Part shown: positions 49,000 through 58,510 of the stretch, one piece after another | Layout: every line of letters starts with the position of its first letter | Numbering within the stretch: position 1 is the stretch's first letter | From: an uncultured Gammaproteobacteria bacterium | GTDB taxonomy: Bacteria > Patescibacteriota > Patescibacteriia > UBA2196 > CAYSSY01 | Direction: 5' to 3' | Assembly (NCBI GenBank): GCA_964434055.1 | Contig: CAYSSY010000001.1 | Coordinates: 5,094-69,093, forward strand | DNA: 64,000 nt | Notes under the pieces: model-generated | The model's database searches: none | The model's input: only the letters and a program-made list of their open reading frames with translations | What the model was told of the DNA's origin: nothing | Made by a program: the position numbers and the translations under genes

Positions 49000-49437
49000 A
49001 TGGCTAAAATACCTAAAAAATTTTTGGGGATCAGTCTAATTTGTCTGGTCCTTTTTGTTTTAGACAGATTTTCAAAAAACTTCTTCCTAAATAATCACAA
49101 TATTAATCTGTGGGGGTTAACTAGTTTTCAAAAGAATTGTGGTTTTATTTTTGGCGCGCAGTTTCCCGGTTGGGAAAATATTTTTTATACTTTTATTTTT
49201 TGTGCTTTTATTATTTTATTTTATTTATTAATTGTTTTTTTAAAAGAAGGAAGAATAACAGAACTACTAGCGACAGAACTTATAATCATCGGGGCTTTGA
49301 GTAATGTTCTTGACCGTATATTTTATGGTTGTGTTACTGACTTTATTAGCTTTTGGATTCTGGGGGTATTTAACATGAGCGATGTTTACATTTTTATCGG
49401 TGCTTTATTTTTATTTTTAAATTACTTAAAAAAATAG
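49000..49437 (+). CDS. lspA: Lipoprotein signal peptidase II
   Basis: LDRFSK, N.GFIFG, GALSNVLDR...G.VTDFI, FNMSD. Confidence 0.88.
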   Translation: MAKIPKKFLGISLICLVLFVLDRFSKNFFLNNHNINLWGLTSFQKNCGFIFGAQFPGWENIFYTFIFCAFIILFYLLIVFLKEGRITELLATELIIIGALSNVLDRIFYGCVTDFISFWILGVFNMSDVYIFIGALFLFLNYLKK

Positions 49438-49442
49438 AATTG

Positions 49443-50966
49443 TTAGATGACTTCTTTCGGCCGATACTGCAAAGCTTCGGCAACATGAATTGTTTCTATT
49501 TTTTCACTATCTGCCAAATCAGCGATGGTGCGACTCAGTTTTAGAATTCGATAATAAGAACGGGCAGACAACCTGAATTGACTAACAGCGCTGCGCATTA
49601 ACTCTTGTGATGCAAAATCAATTTGGCAATATGTCTTAATCTCATTTATACCCATCTCGCTGTTAGCTTTTATTTTAAGTGTTTCGAACCTTTTTGCTTG
49701 AATATTGCGAGCTTGTTCAACCCGCAAACGTACATGATTAGAGCTCTCACTGCTTTCTATAGACGTTAATTTATCAAAATCAACTCTCGGAACCTCGATA
49801 TGCAAATCAATGCGGTCAAGAAGCGGACCGGAAATTCTCTTATGGTATTTCAATATCTGAGTTGGAGTACACATACAATGTTTTACAGAATCATTGTAAT
49901 AGCCACAAGGGCACGGATTTTGAGCAGCAACAAGAGTAAAGCGTGAAGGAAAGGTCACACTACCTTGTGCCCGAGATACTGTTACCTGACCATCCTCCAG
50001 TGGTTGACGCAAATTTTCAAGCACTGACCTAGAAAATTCTGGAAATTCATCCAAAAATAAAATGCCGCGGTGTGCAAGACTAATTTCCCCTGGTTTGGGA
50101 TAAGTTCCACCACCAACTAAAGCCACACCCGATGAGGTGTGGTGAGGTTGGCGAAATGGCCGATCTCTAATTATTGGCTGACTTACTGGCAAACTACCGG
50201 CAACACTATAAATTTTCGTGACTTCCAAAATCTCACTTTTGGTCATAGTGGGCAGAATACCTACCAATGCCTTAGCTAACAATGTTTTACCAGAACCTGG
50301 CGGTCCAAACATTAATAGATTATGGGCTCCAGCAGCGGCAATCTCAAGTGCTCTTTTGGCTTGTTCTTGACCTTTAATGAAGGCTAAATCAACTTCAAAA
50401 TTTCTGTCTTTAGAAGGTAGCTCTATAAATAATTCATGTGGCTTTGGTAAAATTACTTTATCTCCCTTAAGATGGAGGATGAGTTCAATTAAATTATTAA
50501 CTGGAATTATTTTTATTCCTTCAACTAAAGAAGCTTCCTGAGCGTTAGCAACAGGCACAAATATATATTTTACCCCATGTTCTTGGGCAAAAATGGTTAT
50601 AGGCAAAACACCTTGAATTGGACGCAGTGTTCCATCCAAAGATAACTCGCCAATAAATAAACTGTCTTTTAGGTTGAAGTTAAAGTTATTCTCTGCTTCA
50701 ATAATACCCAGAGCAATTGGTAAATCGAAGGCTGGACCTTCTTTTTTTATATCAGCTGGCGCTAAATTAACAGTTAATTTATGTCGTGGAAAATTAAAAC
50801 CAGAATTTTTAATAGCACTTCTTACACGTTCTTTGGCTTCATCCACCGCTTTATCAGGTAAGCCAACAATAATAAATGAGGAAAGTCCTTGCGAGACGTC
50901 AATTTCAACTTCTACTTGAGTTGTATCTAAACCCAATACTGTTCCTGAATACACTTTAATTATCAT
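49443..50966 (-). CDS. comM: ComM/YifB Mg-chelatase-like AAA ATPase
   Basis: VGLPDKAV.EA.ERV, NLAPAD, GPPGSGKT, GEISLAHRG.LFLDE, NPCPCG. Confidence 0.95.
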   Translation of the reverse strand: MIIKVYSGTVLGLDTTQVEVEIDVSQGLSSFIIVGLPDKAVDEAKERVRSAIKNSGFNFPRHKLTVNLAPADIKKEGPAFDLPIALGIIEAENNFNFNLKDSLFIGELSLDGTLRPIQGVLPITIFAQEHGVKYIFVPVANAQEASLVEGIKIIPVNNLIELILHLKGDKVILPKPHELFIELPSKDRNFEVDLAFIKGQEQAKRALEIAAAGAHNLLMFGPPGSGKTLLAKALVGILPTMTKSEILEVTKIYSVAGSLPVSQPIIRDRPFRQPHHTSSGVALVGGGTYPKPGEISLAHRGILFLDEFPEFSRSVLENLRQPLEDGQVTVSRAQGSVTFPSRFTLVAAQNPCPCGYYNDSVKHCMCTPTQILKYHKRISGPLLDRIDLHIEVPRVDFDKLTSIESSESSNHVRLRVEQARNIQAKRFETLKIKANSEMGINEIKTYCQIDFASQELMRSAVSQFRLSARSYYRILKLSRTIADLADSEKIETIHVAEALQYRPKEVI

Positions 50967-51106
50967 ATAAATAGAATAAATAATCTATTTTAAGAATAAC
51001 TCAAACAGTAATAATCTGTAAATGAGGTAAGAATTTGCCATTTAAAAACCTTCTCTGTTATAATGATAAATACGATAAACTTTTATTAACTAAATAAGAA
51101 AAAAAT

Positions 51107-51433
51107 ATGCCAGAATTATTAATTACTGATCAAAATTTTGTTGAACAAATTATAAAATCGAAAGACATTGCCTTGGTTGATTTTTGGGCTCCGTGGTGTG
51201 GTCCTTGTCGGTTGCAAGGCCCAATTATCGAAGAATTGAATAAAGAGTTTGAAGGTAAACCTGTAAAAATCGGTAAGCTCAATGTTGATGAAAACCCAGA
51301 AACCGCGCAACATTATAATGTTATGAGTATTCCTACACTAGTTATTTTCAAAAACGGCCAAGTTGTTGAAATGATGACCGGCCTAAGATCAAAAGAAGAT
51401 TTATCTGAAAAGTTGAATAATCTATTAAAATAA
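51107..51433 (+). CDS. trxA: Thioredoxin
   Basis: VDFWAPWCGPC, SIPT. Confidence 0.97.
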   Translation: MPELLITDQNFVEQIIKSKDIALVDFWAPWCGPCRLQGPIIEELNKEFEGKPVKIGKLNVDENPETAQHYNVMSIPTLVIFKNGQVVEMMTGLRSKEDLSEKLNNLLK

Positions 51434-51437
51434 TCTT

Positions 51438-52379
51438 TTGTTAAAAATGACGGAAATTACAAGCAAAAATTACGATATTATCATAGTCGGTGGTGGAGCT
51501 GCTGGTTTGACAGCTGCAATTTATACATCACGAAAAATGCTATCAACATTATTGGTCACACCTGAAGTTGGCGGACAAGCAGCTTTGACTAATTGGGTTG
51601 AAAATTATCCTGGCGTAACTGAGACTGACGGTTTCTTGATTATGCAAAATTTTAAAAAACAAGCTGAAAAGTTTGGAACACAATTCTATACTTCAAAAAT
51701 TACAAAAATAAACAAAATTAATTCCGGTTTTGAATTGGTTTGTGAAAACGCCGTCTCATTAACAAGTCGAGCTGTGATTCTGGCTTTTGGTTTACAACAC
51801 CGTCTTCTAAATATAGGTGGCGAAAAAAAATATACTGGCCGGGGTGTTGCTTATTGCGCCACGTGCGATGGTCCTCTTTATAAAAACAAGACCGTCGCTG
51901 TTGTTGGTGGCGGCAACTCTGCTTTGGGGGCGGCGGAATATCTATCAAGTCTAACCAATAAAGTTTATCTGTTAAATAGAAATGCCAATTTCTCTGGTGA
52001 TGATTTTATTGTCAACAGAATAAAAAAAATTAGTAATATTGAAATAATGCACAATACTGCAGTGATGGAAATAAAGGGCGATATAATAGTAAAATCACTT
52101 CTCATAAAAATAAAGGACGATGAACAAGAAATTCCCATTGATGGAATTTTTATTGAAATCGGCTATCAAGCTAAGACTGATTGGCTAAAAGGCTTAATTG
52201 AGTTGAATGATCGTGGGGAAATATTAATTAATCAAAATAACCAAACAAATGTTGAAGGAATTTTTGCTGCTGGTGATGCTACCTCAGTCAGTCATAAACA
52301 GATAGTAATAGCCGCTGGTGAAGGAGCAAAAGCGGCACTCTCTGCTTACTATTATCTAAAAAATAATAATAATTATTAA
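51438..52379 (+). CDS. trxB: Thioredoxin reductase
   Basis: GGGAAG, ENYPG, CATCDG, GGGNSA, AAGD; start may be ATG at 51447. Confidence 0.93.
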   Translation: MLKMTEITSKNYDIIIVGGGAAGLTAAIYTSRKMLSTLLVTPEVGGQAALTNWVENYPGVTETDGFLIMQNFKKQAEKFGTQFYTSKITKINKINSGFELVCENAVSLTSRAVILAFGLQHRLLNIGGEKKYTGRGVAYCATCDGPLYKNKTVAVVGGGNSALGAAEYLSSLTNKVYLLNRNANFSGDDFIVNRIKKISNIEIMHNTAVMEIKGDIIVKSLLIKIKDDEQEIPIDGIFIEIGYQAKTDWLKGLIELNDRGEILINQNNQTNVEGIFAAGDATSVSHKQIVIAAGEGAKAALSAYYYLKNNNNY

Positions 52380-52394
52380 AAACTACCTTTATCG

Positions 52395-53678
52395 GTGGTT
52401 CTGCGCAATATGGTCAATCTATTTACTCAAACTTTAACACAGTTAAAAAAGGCTCACGTTTTGGGTAGTTTTAGTGATTCGTTTTGGCAAGCTTTAAAAA
52501 ATCCACAAACAGTCTTGGAGTTTAACTTCCCTGTTAAAATGGATAACAATTCAGTAAAATACTTTAATGGTTATCGTGTTCAGTACAATAATGCTCTTGG
52601 GCCTTTCAAGGGCGGCTTGCGCTATTCTTTAGGGGTTAATCTTAATGAAATTAAAGCCTTGGCGCTTTTAATGGCCTTAAAATGCGCGGTGGTTAACATA
52701 CCTTTTGGTGGTGGCAAAGGTGGAGTAGAAGTTGATGCAAAAAATTTAAGTCCACGGGAACTAGAAAATTTAACACGCTCTTTTACTCAAATCTTAGCCA
52801 CCCATATTGGTCCAGACAAAGACATACCAGCACCAGATATGTATACTAACTCACAGGTTATGGCATGGATCGTTGATGAATTCAGTAAATTATCTGGTTA
52901 CCTTGCGCCTGCAGTAGTTACTGGTAAACCGTTAGAACTCGGTGGATCATTGGGACGAAATGAAGCAACTGGTCAAGGCGGTTATTATGTCTTTGAAGAA
53001 TTAATTAAAAAATCAAAACTAAAAAAGGATTTAACCATTGCTGTTCAAGGTTTTGGTAATGTTGGTTATCATATTACAAAATTTCTTCATAATGCTGGTT
53101 ATAAAATTATTTTGGTGTCTGATTCTCAGGGTGGTATCTACGATCTAAGAAAACACGGTATGGACCCAGAAAGACTTCAGGAAATGAAACATAAAGATAA
53201 CGGCATTAATGGCTGTTATTGTAAAGGCACTGTTTGTGATTGTGATAATTATAAAAAAATTTCTAATGACCGACTACTAGAATCGCAAGTTGATGTCTTG
53301 ATTCCTGCGGCGCTAGAAAATGTTATTACGGAAAAAAATGCTAGCCGAATTAAAGCTAAATACATTTTAGAAATGGCAAATGGAGCAATCAATTTAAATG
53401 CCGAGAATAAACTCTTAAAGAAAAAAATTGTTGTTGTTCCAGATATTTTAGCGAATGCTGGCGGGGTCACGGTCTCCTATTTTGAATGGCTACAAAACAA
53501 ACAAGGTGAAAGTTGGACACTGACCGAAGTGAATGCAAAACTTAAGGAAATCATGGTCAGAGCAACTCGTGACATCTGGTCAATGGCTCAAGAAAAAAAT
53601 CTCGATTTAAGAACCGCAGCTCATCTTGTCGCTTTACAAAGAATGGAACGTGCTATGAAATTAAAGGGGTTAATTTAA
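52395..53678 (+). CDS. gdhA: Glutamate dehydrogenase (Glu/Leu/Phe/Val family)
   Basis: GPFKGGLRY, PFGGGKGG, DIPAPD, VTGKP, QGFGNVG, PDILANAGGV.VSYFEW; start may be ATG at 52410. Confidence 0.92.
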   Translation: MVLRNMVNLFTQTLTQLKKAHVLGSFSDSFWQALKNPQTVLEFNFPVKMDNNSVKYFNGYRVQYNNALGPFKGGLRYSLGVNLNEIKALALLMALKCAVVNIPFGGGKGGVEVDAKNLSPRELENLTRSFTQILATHIGPDKDIPAPDMYTNSQVMAWIVDEFSKLSGYLAPAVVTGKPLELGGSLGRNEATGQGGYYVFEELIKKSKLKKDLTIAVQGFGNVGYHITKFLHNAGYKIILVSDSQGGIYDLRKHGMDPERLQEMKHKDNGINGCYCKGTVCDCDNYKKISNDRLLESQVDVLIPAALENVITEKNASRIKAKYILEMANGAINLNAENKLLKKKIVVVPDILANAGGVTVSYFEWLQNKQGESWTLTEVNAKLKEIMVRATRDIWSMAQEKNLDLRTAAHLVALQRMERAMKLKGLI

Positions 53679-53730
53679 TCTCTCTTTTCCAAATTTCCAA
53701 TTAAAAACAGCGGGGAAGCTCCACTGTTTT

Positions 53731-54768
53731 TTAGTCCAATTTTCTTACAGATCCACTCGAAGTATCAACTTCGACCAAATCACCGTCATTAAAAATTTGT
53801 GTAGCACATCGTGTTCCAACAACACAAGGAATTCCTAGCTCACGGGAAATGATGGCAGCATGACACATCAAACCGCCCTCATCAGTCACTATCGCTTTAA
53901 CATATTTCAATACTGGCACCAACTGCGGGTTGGTCATGCCAGTAATTAAGATACAATCTTGAGGTAAATCAGGAACGTGACTAAACGACAAATGCAGTTT
54001 AGCACGACCAACTACTTTTTCATTGACCTGATAGGAAACCCGTCCGGTAACTTTTTTTTCAGTCTTATTAACAGACAATTTATCCCTTAAACCCAAATAT
54101 TCATGATCAGTGTGTATGACCCAGTTTTTTCTAAAAACATAACCGCTTTTTCTTTGTAAGAGTGCTGGGGCATTAACAAATTTTTTATTAAAAATCAAAT
54201 TACTAAATTCATCAAAAGTCATAATCTCGATGTCGTCTAGCGCAATTTGAAACTCTTTGCCGGCTTTGATAATCACCTTTTCAAAAAGCAGATGCAAGAC
54301 ACTTAGATAATGGTGAGCCTTTAATCTAAACTGGCCGATAAACTCCAAACGTTTATAGATTCCGGTATTATCTTTTTGTTCTTCCAATGATAAGAGTGAC
54401 GATTCCTCACATAAAACATAGACATCGCATATGTCTTTTATATATGCCAAAAGCATCTGCCACCATTCATTAAAGTACTTACTATCAAATTTGGGAATTT
54501 GTGTTTGGTTAATTTTATCTATCACGACAAACTTTTGTTTCAGTTCATTAAATATTTCCTGCCACTGATCATTGTCTAGTAGATACCGCTTACCCATTAA
54601 ATAAGCTTGCTCCATGCCCGCTTTTGTCAAATAAACAGAGAAAGCTTTCTGTTCACCATCATAAAGGCAAACATAGTCATTATTACCATAATCAGTCTTT
54701 TCGAATAGATAGCTGACCAACGGTAATGGAAACTGTTCTTTAAAATTTAAATAATATTCTTGATTCAT
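53731..54768 (-). CDS. Protein with a C-terminal PEP-utilising phosphohistidine (swivel) domain
   Basis: MTNP, AIVTDEGGLMCHAAIISRELGIPCVVG, DGDLVEVD. Confidence 0.88.
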   Translation of the reverse strand: MNQEYYLNFKEQFPLPLVSYLFEKTDYGNNDYVCLYDGEQKAFSVYLTKAGMEQAYLMGKRYLLDNDQWQEIFNELKQKFVVIDKINQTQIPKFDSKYFNEWWQMLLAYIKDICDVYVLCEESSLLSLEEQKDNTGIYKRLEFIGQFRLKAHHYLSVLHLLFEKVIIKAGKEFQIALDDIEIMTFDEFSNLIFNKKFVNAPALLQRKSGYVFRKNWVIHTDHEYLGLRDKLSVNKTEKKVTGRVSYQVNEKVVGRAKLHLSFSHVPDLPQDCILITGMTNPQLVPVLKYVKAIVTDEGGLMCHAAIISRELGIPCVVGTRCATQIFNDGDLVEVDTSSGSVRKLD

Positions 54769-54876
54769 ATTTTTATTATCTTGCGCCGGTCAAACATTAA
54801 TAATAAACTTAACCGGTCCAGTTTAACAAAAATTATTGGAGCAGACAGACAAAGTGCATCTGTCTGCTCCTGTGTG

Positions 54877-55464
54877 CTAACTGCTTTTAACCTCCTCTAA
54901 GGAAATCGTTGACAATTTACCTGTTTCCAGATCGTAACGGAAGCAGTGAATGGATCCCGGCTTTGGTGCAAACACCTCATAAACACGTAGATAATGATCT
55001 TCATCTACTGGAATAATCCCGTTTGCTAGTGTATATAATGGTACGATGTATGCGCCACTTCCCACCAGCAACGCCCGACCACCTTCTGATAATCGCTCAG
55101 CCAAATTTCGGATAATCACCTTCGCTATCGGCTCGTACTCATCAATGAGTCGGTCACCGGCGCCTTCAGGATACAACTTGCCACATTTACTGTTTGTACG
55201 AGGATCAAGACGAGTGTCACACACTCGTTTTCTATAATTTACTCTGGTTTCAATGTGTGACCATGTCTCCCGCATCCGCTGTAAAGCACCATGAGCCACG
55301 AGATCGAACTCCATTCCCTCCACTTGTTCTGCAGCGCCGTCTCCTTGAGCGTGTCCGTCTGATGAAAGACCGGCATCACCCGATTCTAACCTTTCAATGT
55401 CATCCGCCGACGTATCGCCGTGGCGTACGAAGACGATGTCTATAAACTTTTTGGTCGTTTCCAT
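54877..55464 (-). CDS. Histidine phosphatase family protein
   Basis: FVRHGD, GLS..G..Q, RMRET; AAGGAG SD; TTGACA-17-TATAAT promoter upstream. Confidence 0.8.
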   Translation of the reverse strand: METTKKFIDIVFVRHGDTSADDIERLESGDAGLSSDGHAQGDGAAEQVEGMEFDLVAHGALQRMRETWSHIETRVNYRKRVCDTRLDPRTNSKCGKLYPEGAGDRLIDEYEPIAKVIIRNLAERLSEGGRALLVGSGAYIVPLYTLANGIIPVDEDHYLRVYEVFAPKPGSIHCFRYDLETGKLSTISLEEVKSS

Positions 55465-55680
55465 TTTAATTCTCCTTATAAAAGGTTGTTTGGTATTTTT
55501 GTTGGCAAAGAACTATTTTTAATTTAACCGTCCATTATACTGCCAATTGTTGTTTGTGTCAATAATTATGGCAAAAGTAAATATTACATTAATCGCTAAA
55601 ATTAGATAAAAATTAATAAATTTATTATTGGTGTTGTCAGAAATATTGACATAATGAAGCTTGGGTTTTATATTATCTAT

Positions 55681-56427
55681 ATGGCAGTTGAAGAAAAAAT
55701 TTTAATTGACTTGGGTCTGTCACCCACCGAAGCCCAGGTTTATTTAGCCGCCTTAGAATTAGTCAGCGACACTGTTTTAAATATCGCAAAAAGGGCAGGT
55801 GTAAAACGGCCAACTTGCTATATAACTCTGGATAATCTTTTTCAAAAAGGTTATGTCAGTAAAATTGAAAAAGAAAACACCACACTATATAGTGCAGAAA
55901 AGCCCTCATTTATTTTAAACAAGTTCAAAGAAAAAATTGATAATTTTAAAGACTTATTACCTTTCTTTGAAGCCAAGTTCAACAATGGGCCCAAACCTAA
56001 GATAAGATATTACGAAGGACGGGAAGAACTGTGGAATGTATACACAAAAATTTTATTTCCGGCCAAAGAGATTTATTTTTTTGGTACCAATGTTGAAAAA
56101 ATTATGCAACATTTTTCAAATCTCTTTGATTACTGGATTAAGAATTATGTCAGTAAATACGATAAAGTGTTGGAGATTGTATCCTATAATGAAGCGGGTC
56201 TAAAATACCAAAAAGATTATGGTGATAAATGGCAAATAAAAATTATGCCCAAAAACCTCCCAGTCTTTGCTGACTCAGTGATCACTGAGGATAAACTATT
56301 TATTGTCTCAATTGATAATTTATTTGGTGTTCTAATTGAATCAGAGGATTTGGCAAAGACATACAAAAATTTTTTTATGCTAGCCTGGCAAGCAAATGAT
56401 AATAAACATAAAATTATCAACAACTAA
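55681..56427 (+). CDS. TrmB family HTH transcriptional regulator
   Basis: LGLSPTEAQVYLA.LEL, IAKRAGVKRPTCY..L..L, PKIRYYEG; TTGACA-17-TATATT ends 6 nt before the ATG at 55681. Confidence 0.88.
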   Translation: MAVEEKILIDLGLSPTEAQVYLAALELVSDTVLNIAKRAGVKRPTCYITLDNLFQKGYVSKIEKENTTLYSAEKPSFILNKFKEKIDNFKDLLPFFEAKFNNGPKPKIRYYEGREELWNVYTKILFPAKEIYFFGTNVEKIMQHFSNLFDYWIKNYVSKYDKVLEIVSYNEAGLKYQKDYGDKWQIKIMPKNLPVFADSVITEDKLFIVSIDNLFGVLIESEDLAKTYKNFFMLAWQANDNKHKIINN

Positions 56428-56471
56428 TTATTTTTAAATTAATTTTAAAAAGACCATCCTTTGGATGGTCT

Positions 56472-56534
56472 TTAGTGTTGATTTTTGGTGATGTGCGGAC
56501 CGGTGCCGCCAAAAGAACGATGAAACGGGTTCAT
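56472..56534 (-). CDS. Putative 20-aa peptide
   Basis: AGGAG-6nt-ATG, MNPFHRSFGGTGPHITKNQH, directly followed by terminator AAGACCATCC/GGATGGTCTT. Confidence 0.45.
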   Translation of the reverse strand: MNPFHRSFGGTGPHITKNQH

Positions 56535-56535
56535 T

Positions 56536-57345
56536 TCATTCTCCTAAACGCCAAAAGTTCGGCGTTAATAAACAAACTAACAGTTCTTTGAACCATGGCA
56601 CCAGAATTCTAAAAAAATCATATCTTTCTGGTTCTTCACTAGGAATTAAAATCAATCCTTCTGGAAATAATGATTCGGTAATAACTTTAGCCTCCTCGGC
56701 CATCTGTGCAATACGGTATTTTGTTTCCCATATTAAATTATCTTGATCTGCTTTATCTAATTCATTCAATTCAATAATCTCTCGCCTTAAACGTCTCTCA
56801 TATTCAAACCTAAATGCGTCTTTTTTAACCAAATTAGTGAAATTTAAAAGAACGTCTTGATTAGGATTTATTTTGTTTATACCAAAACTGTTTAAAAAAT
56901 CTAACCAATCATAAAACAAAATATCACCAACACCGCCTGCCAGGTTCTGATACAAATTCATTATTTCTTTTTTTACAGTCAAGCTTGCTTGTCGTCTAGT
57001 GTTTTCTGAATCAACAAAAATAAAAAACCAATTAATGCTAAATCCATAACTTTTAAAAAGTGCTACAATTTTCGGTATTTCTCTATAAAAAACCCTTAAT
57101 TCACTCTTAAGCGGTTTAAGTCTGTTGTTTTGTAGAATCTTTCTCTCGTCTAATGACTTGGTCACACAACACTGTGTTAAAATATTAACCGCCATTCTTT
57201 TGTTCCAACAATCAAATAAATAATCCTTGGCCCTATTACCGACTCTTAATACACCTTTTGGTCGTAGTTTTAAACTACTATTAACCTCTTGTAGTTTTTT
57301 AACAAAAGCTTCAATTAAACTGGCTGCCATGATTCTCTCCTCCAA
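56536..57345 (-). CDS. Hypothetical protein
   Basis: 269-aa ORF; GGAGG precedes the ATG at 57330, the likely start. Confidence 0.78.
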   Translation of the reverse strand: MEERIMAASLIEAFVKKLQEVNSSLKLRPKGVLRVGNRAKDYLFDCWNKRMAVNILTQCCVTKSLDERKILQNNRLKPLKSELRVFYREIPKIVALFKSYGFSINWFFIFVDSENTRRQASLTVKKEIMNLYQNLAGGVGDILFYDWLDFLNSFGINKINPNQDVLLNFTNLVKKDAFRFEYERRLRREIIELNELDKADQDNLIWETKYRIAQMAEEAKVITESLFPEGLILIPSEEPERYDFFRILVPWFKELLVCLLTPNFWRLGE

Positions 57346-57411
57346 TTATAATTAAAAAAGAAAAATTCCTTCTCTTTTTGGGAAGGAATACAAAATTGAA
57401 CTTCATAATAC

Positions 57412-57729
57412 TCAAATACTTCCCAAATAGTTAAGTTTTGGGTGATGTTTGCTGTGTGCCCTATTTAAAATTAACTGATACCCGCCTGTACCTTTTTTTA
57501 GCCATTTAGCAATTCTTGCTACGGTGGTGGAACTTAAACCAGTTTCTTTTTCGATGGTAGAATAGGGAATTTTATTATTAAGTAATTGTGCTGTTGCCCA
57601 GCGTTTGCTAAATTCTATTATCTCTTTCTCGGTCAATAGATCACGTAAAAAAGCTTTTGCTTCATCGTAATTAGCAAGTAATAGTATTGCGTTATATAAA
57701 TTGTCTATTCTAATGTTTTCTTCTAACAT
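57412..57729 (-). CDS. YerC/YecD family TrpR-like repressor
   Basis: FLRDLLTEKEI.E...RW..A..L, Y..I..ETGLSSTTVARI.KWL..G.GGY. Confidence 0.92.
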   Translation of the reverse strand: MLEENIRIDNLYNAILLLANYDEAKAFLRDLLTEKEIIEFSKRWATAQLLNNKIPYSTIEKETGLSSTTVARIAKWLKKGTGGYQLILNRAHSKHHPKLNYLGSI

Positions 57730-57734
57730 AACTA

Positions 57735-57772
57735 TACTTTATTTGACTAAAGTACTTTACCTAAATAAAGTA
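57735..57772. promoter_or_regulatory. Two overlapping TACTTTA-N6-TAAAGTA operators over the yerC promoter
   Basis: Sites 57735-54 and 57753-72; minus-strand TTGACA(57797-92)-17-TATACT(57774-69). Confidence 0.75.
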
Positions 57773-57841
57773 TATATTATAGCTAATAGGTTGTCAAGTA
57801 TATAGAGGAATATCCCCATAAATAATAACTTATCCTCAATT

Positions 57842-58214
57842 TGTCTACATTGGTGTAGACATTTTTATCAACAAAAGGCATCTATTGTCAGTTTCCACAT
57901 GGAAACTCACAAAAAGCTTAGTACAATCAAACCTATCTTTTCCAAAAAAACAAAAGGAACAAGAATAAACCTTTTGATAAAAAAACTTTTCAAATGATTA
58001 AAACAAATAAATGTATAATTTTTTTAAATTATAACTAAAATTAGCTATAAAGCTTAAATTAACTAAAATCAATAAATAATTATATGATATATAAACTTTT
58101 TGGCTAATACAAAATTTTTTTAGCAAAAAAATTTATTTTAGCATTTTTAATAATTATTTGACTTAATATAAAATTTGTGTTTTAAAAATATTAATGTCTA
58201 CACTAGTGTAGACA
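57842..58214. other. AT-rich intergenic region bounded by two TGTCTACA-N4-TGTAGACA palindromes, with a parS-like site
   Basis: Palindromes at 57842-61 and 58195-214; AGTTTCCACATGGAAACT at 57890-907; TTATCAACA at 57865-73. Confidence 0.65.
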
Positions 58215-58236
58215 AATTTTTTTAAATAATTTAACT

Positions 58237-58309
58237 TGGACCCGAGGGGAATCGAACCCCTTACCTTCGCAATGCGAATGCGACGCTCTACCAGATGAGC
58301 TACGGGCCC
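58237..58309 (-). tRNA. tRNA-Ala(CGC)
   Basis: G3-U70 pair, TCGCA-TT CGC AT-TGCGA. Confidence 0.95.
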
Positions 58310-58316
58310 AAAAAAA

Positions 58317-58388
58317 TCTCCTCAAAGGGAATCGAACCCCTATCTTACCCTTAGGACGGGTCTGCTCTATCCTTTGAGCTATGAGGAG
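58317..58388 (-). tRNA. tRNA-Arg(CCT)
   Basis: CTCCTCA/TGAGGAG, ACCC-GT CCT AA-GGGT, GGTTCGATTCC. Confidence 0.92.
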
Positions 58389-58510
58389 TTTTTAATTAAA
58401 TCTATTTTATTAAGTTCAGTCTATCATTTTAGCTTTCTTAAAACAAATTTTTGACACTAATACTAAAAAATATTAAGCTTAAAATGAAATATAATAATTA
58501 AAAAAAAAGT

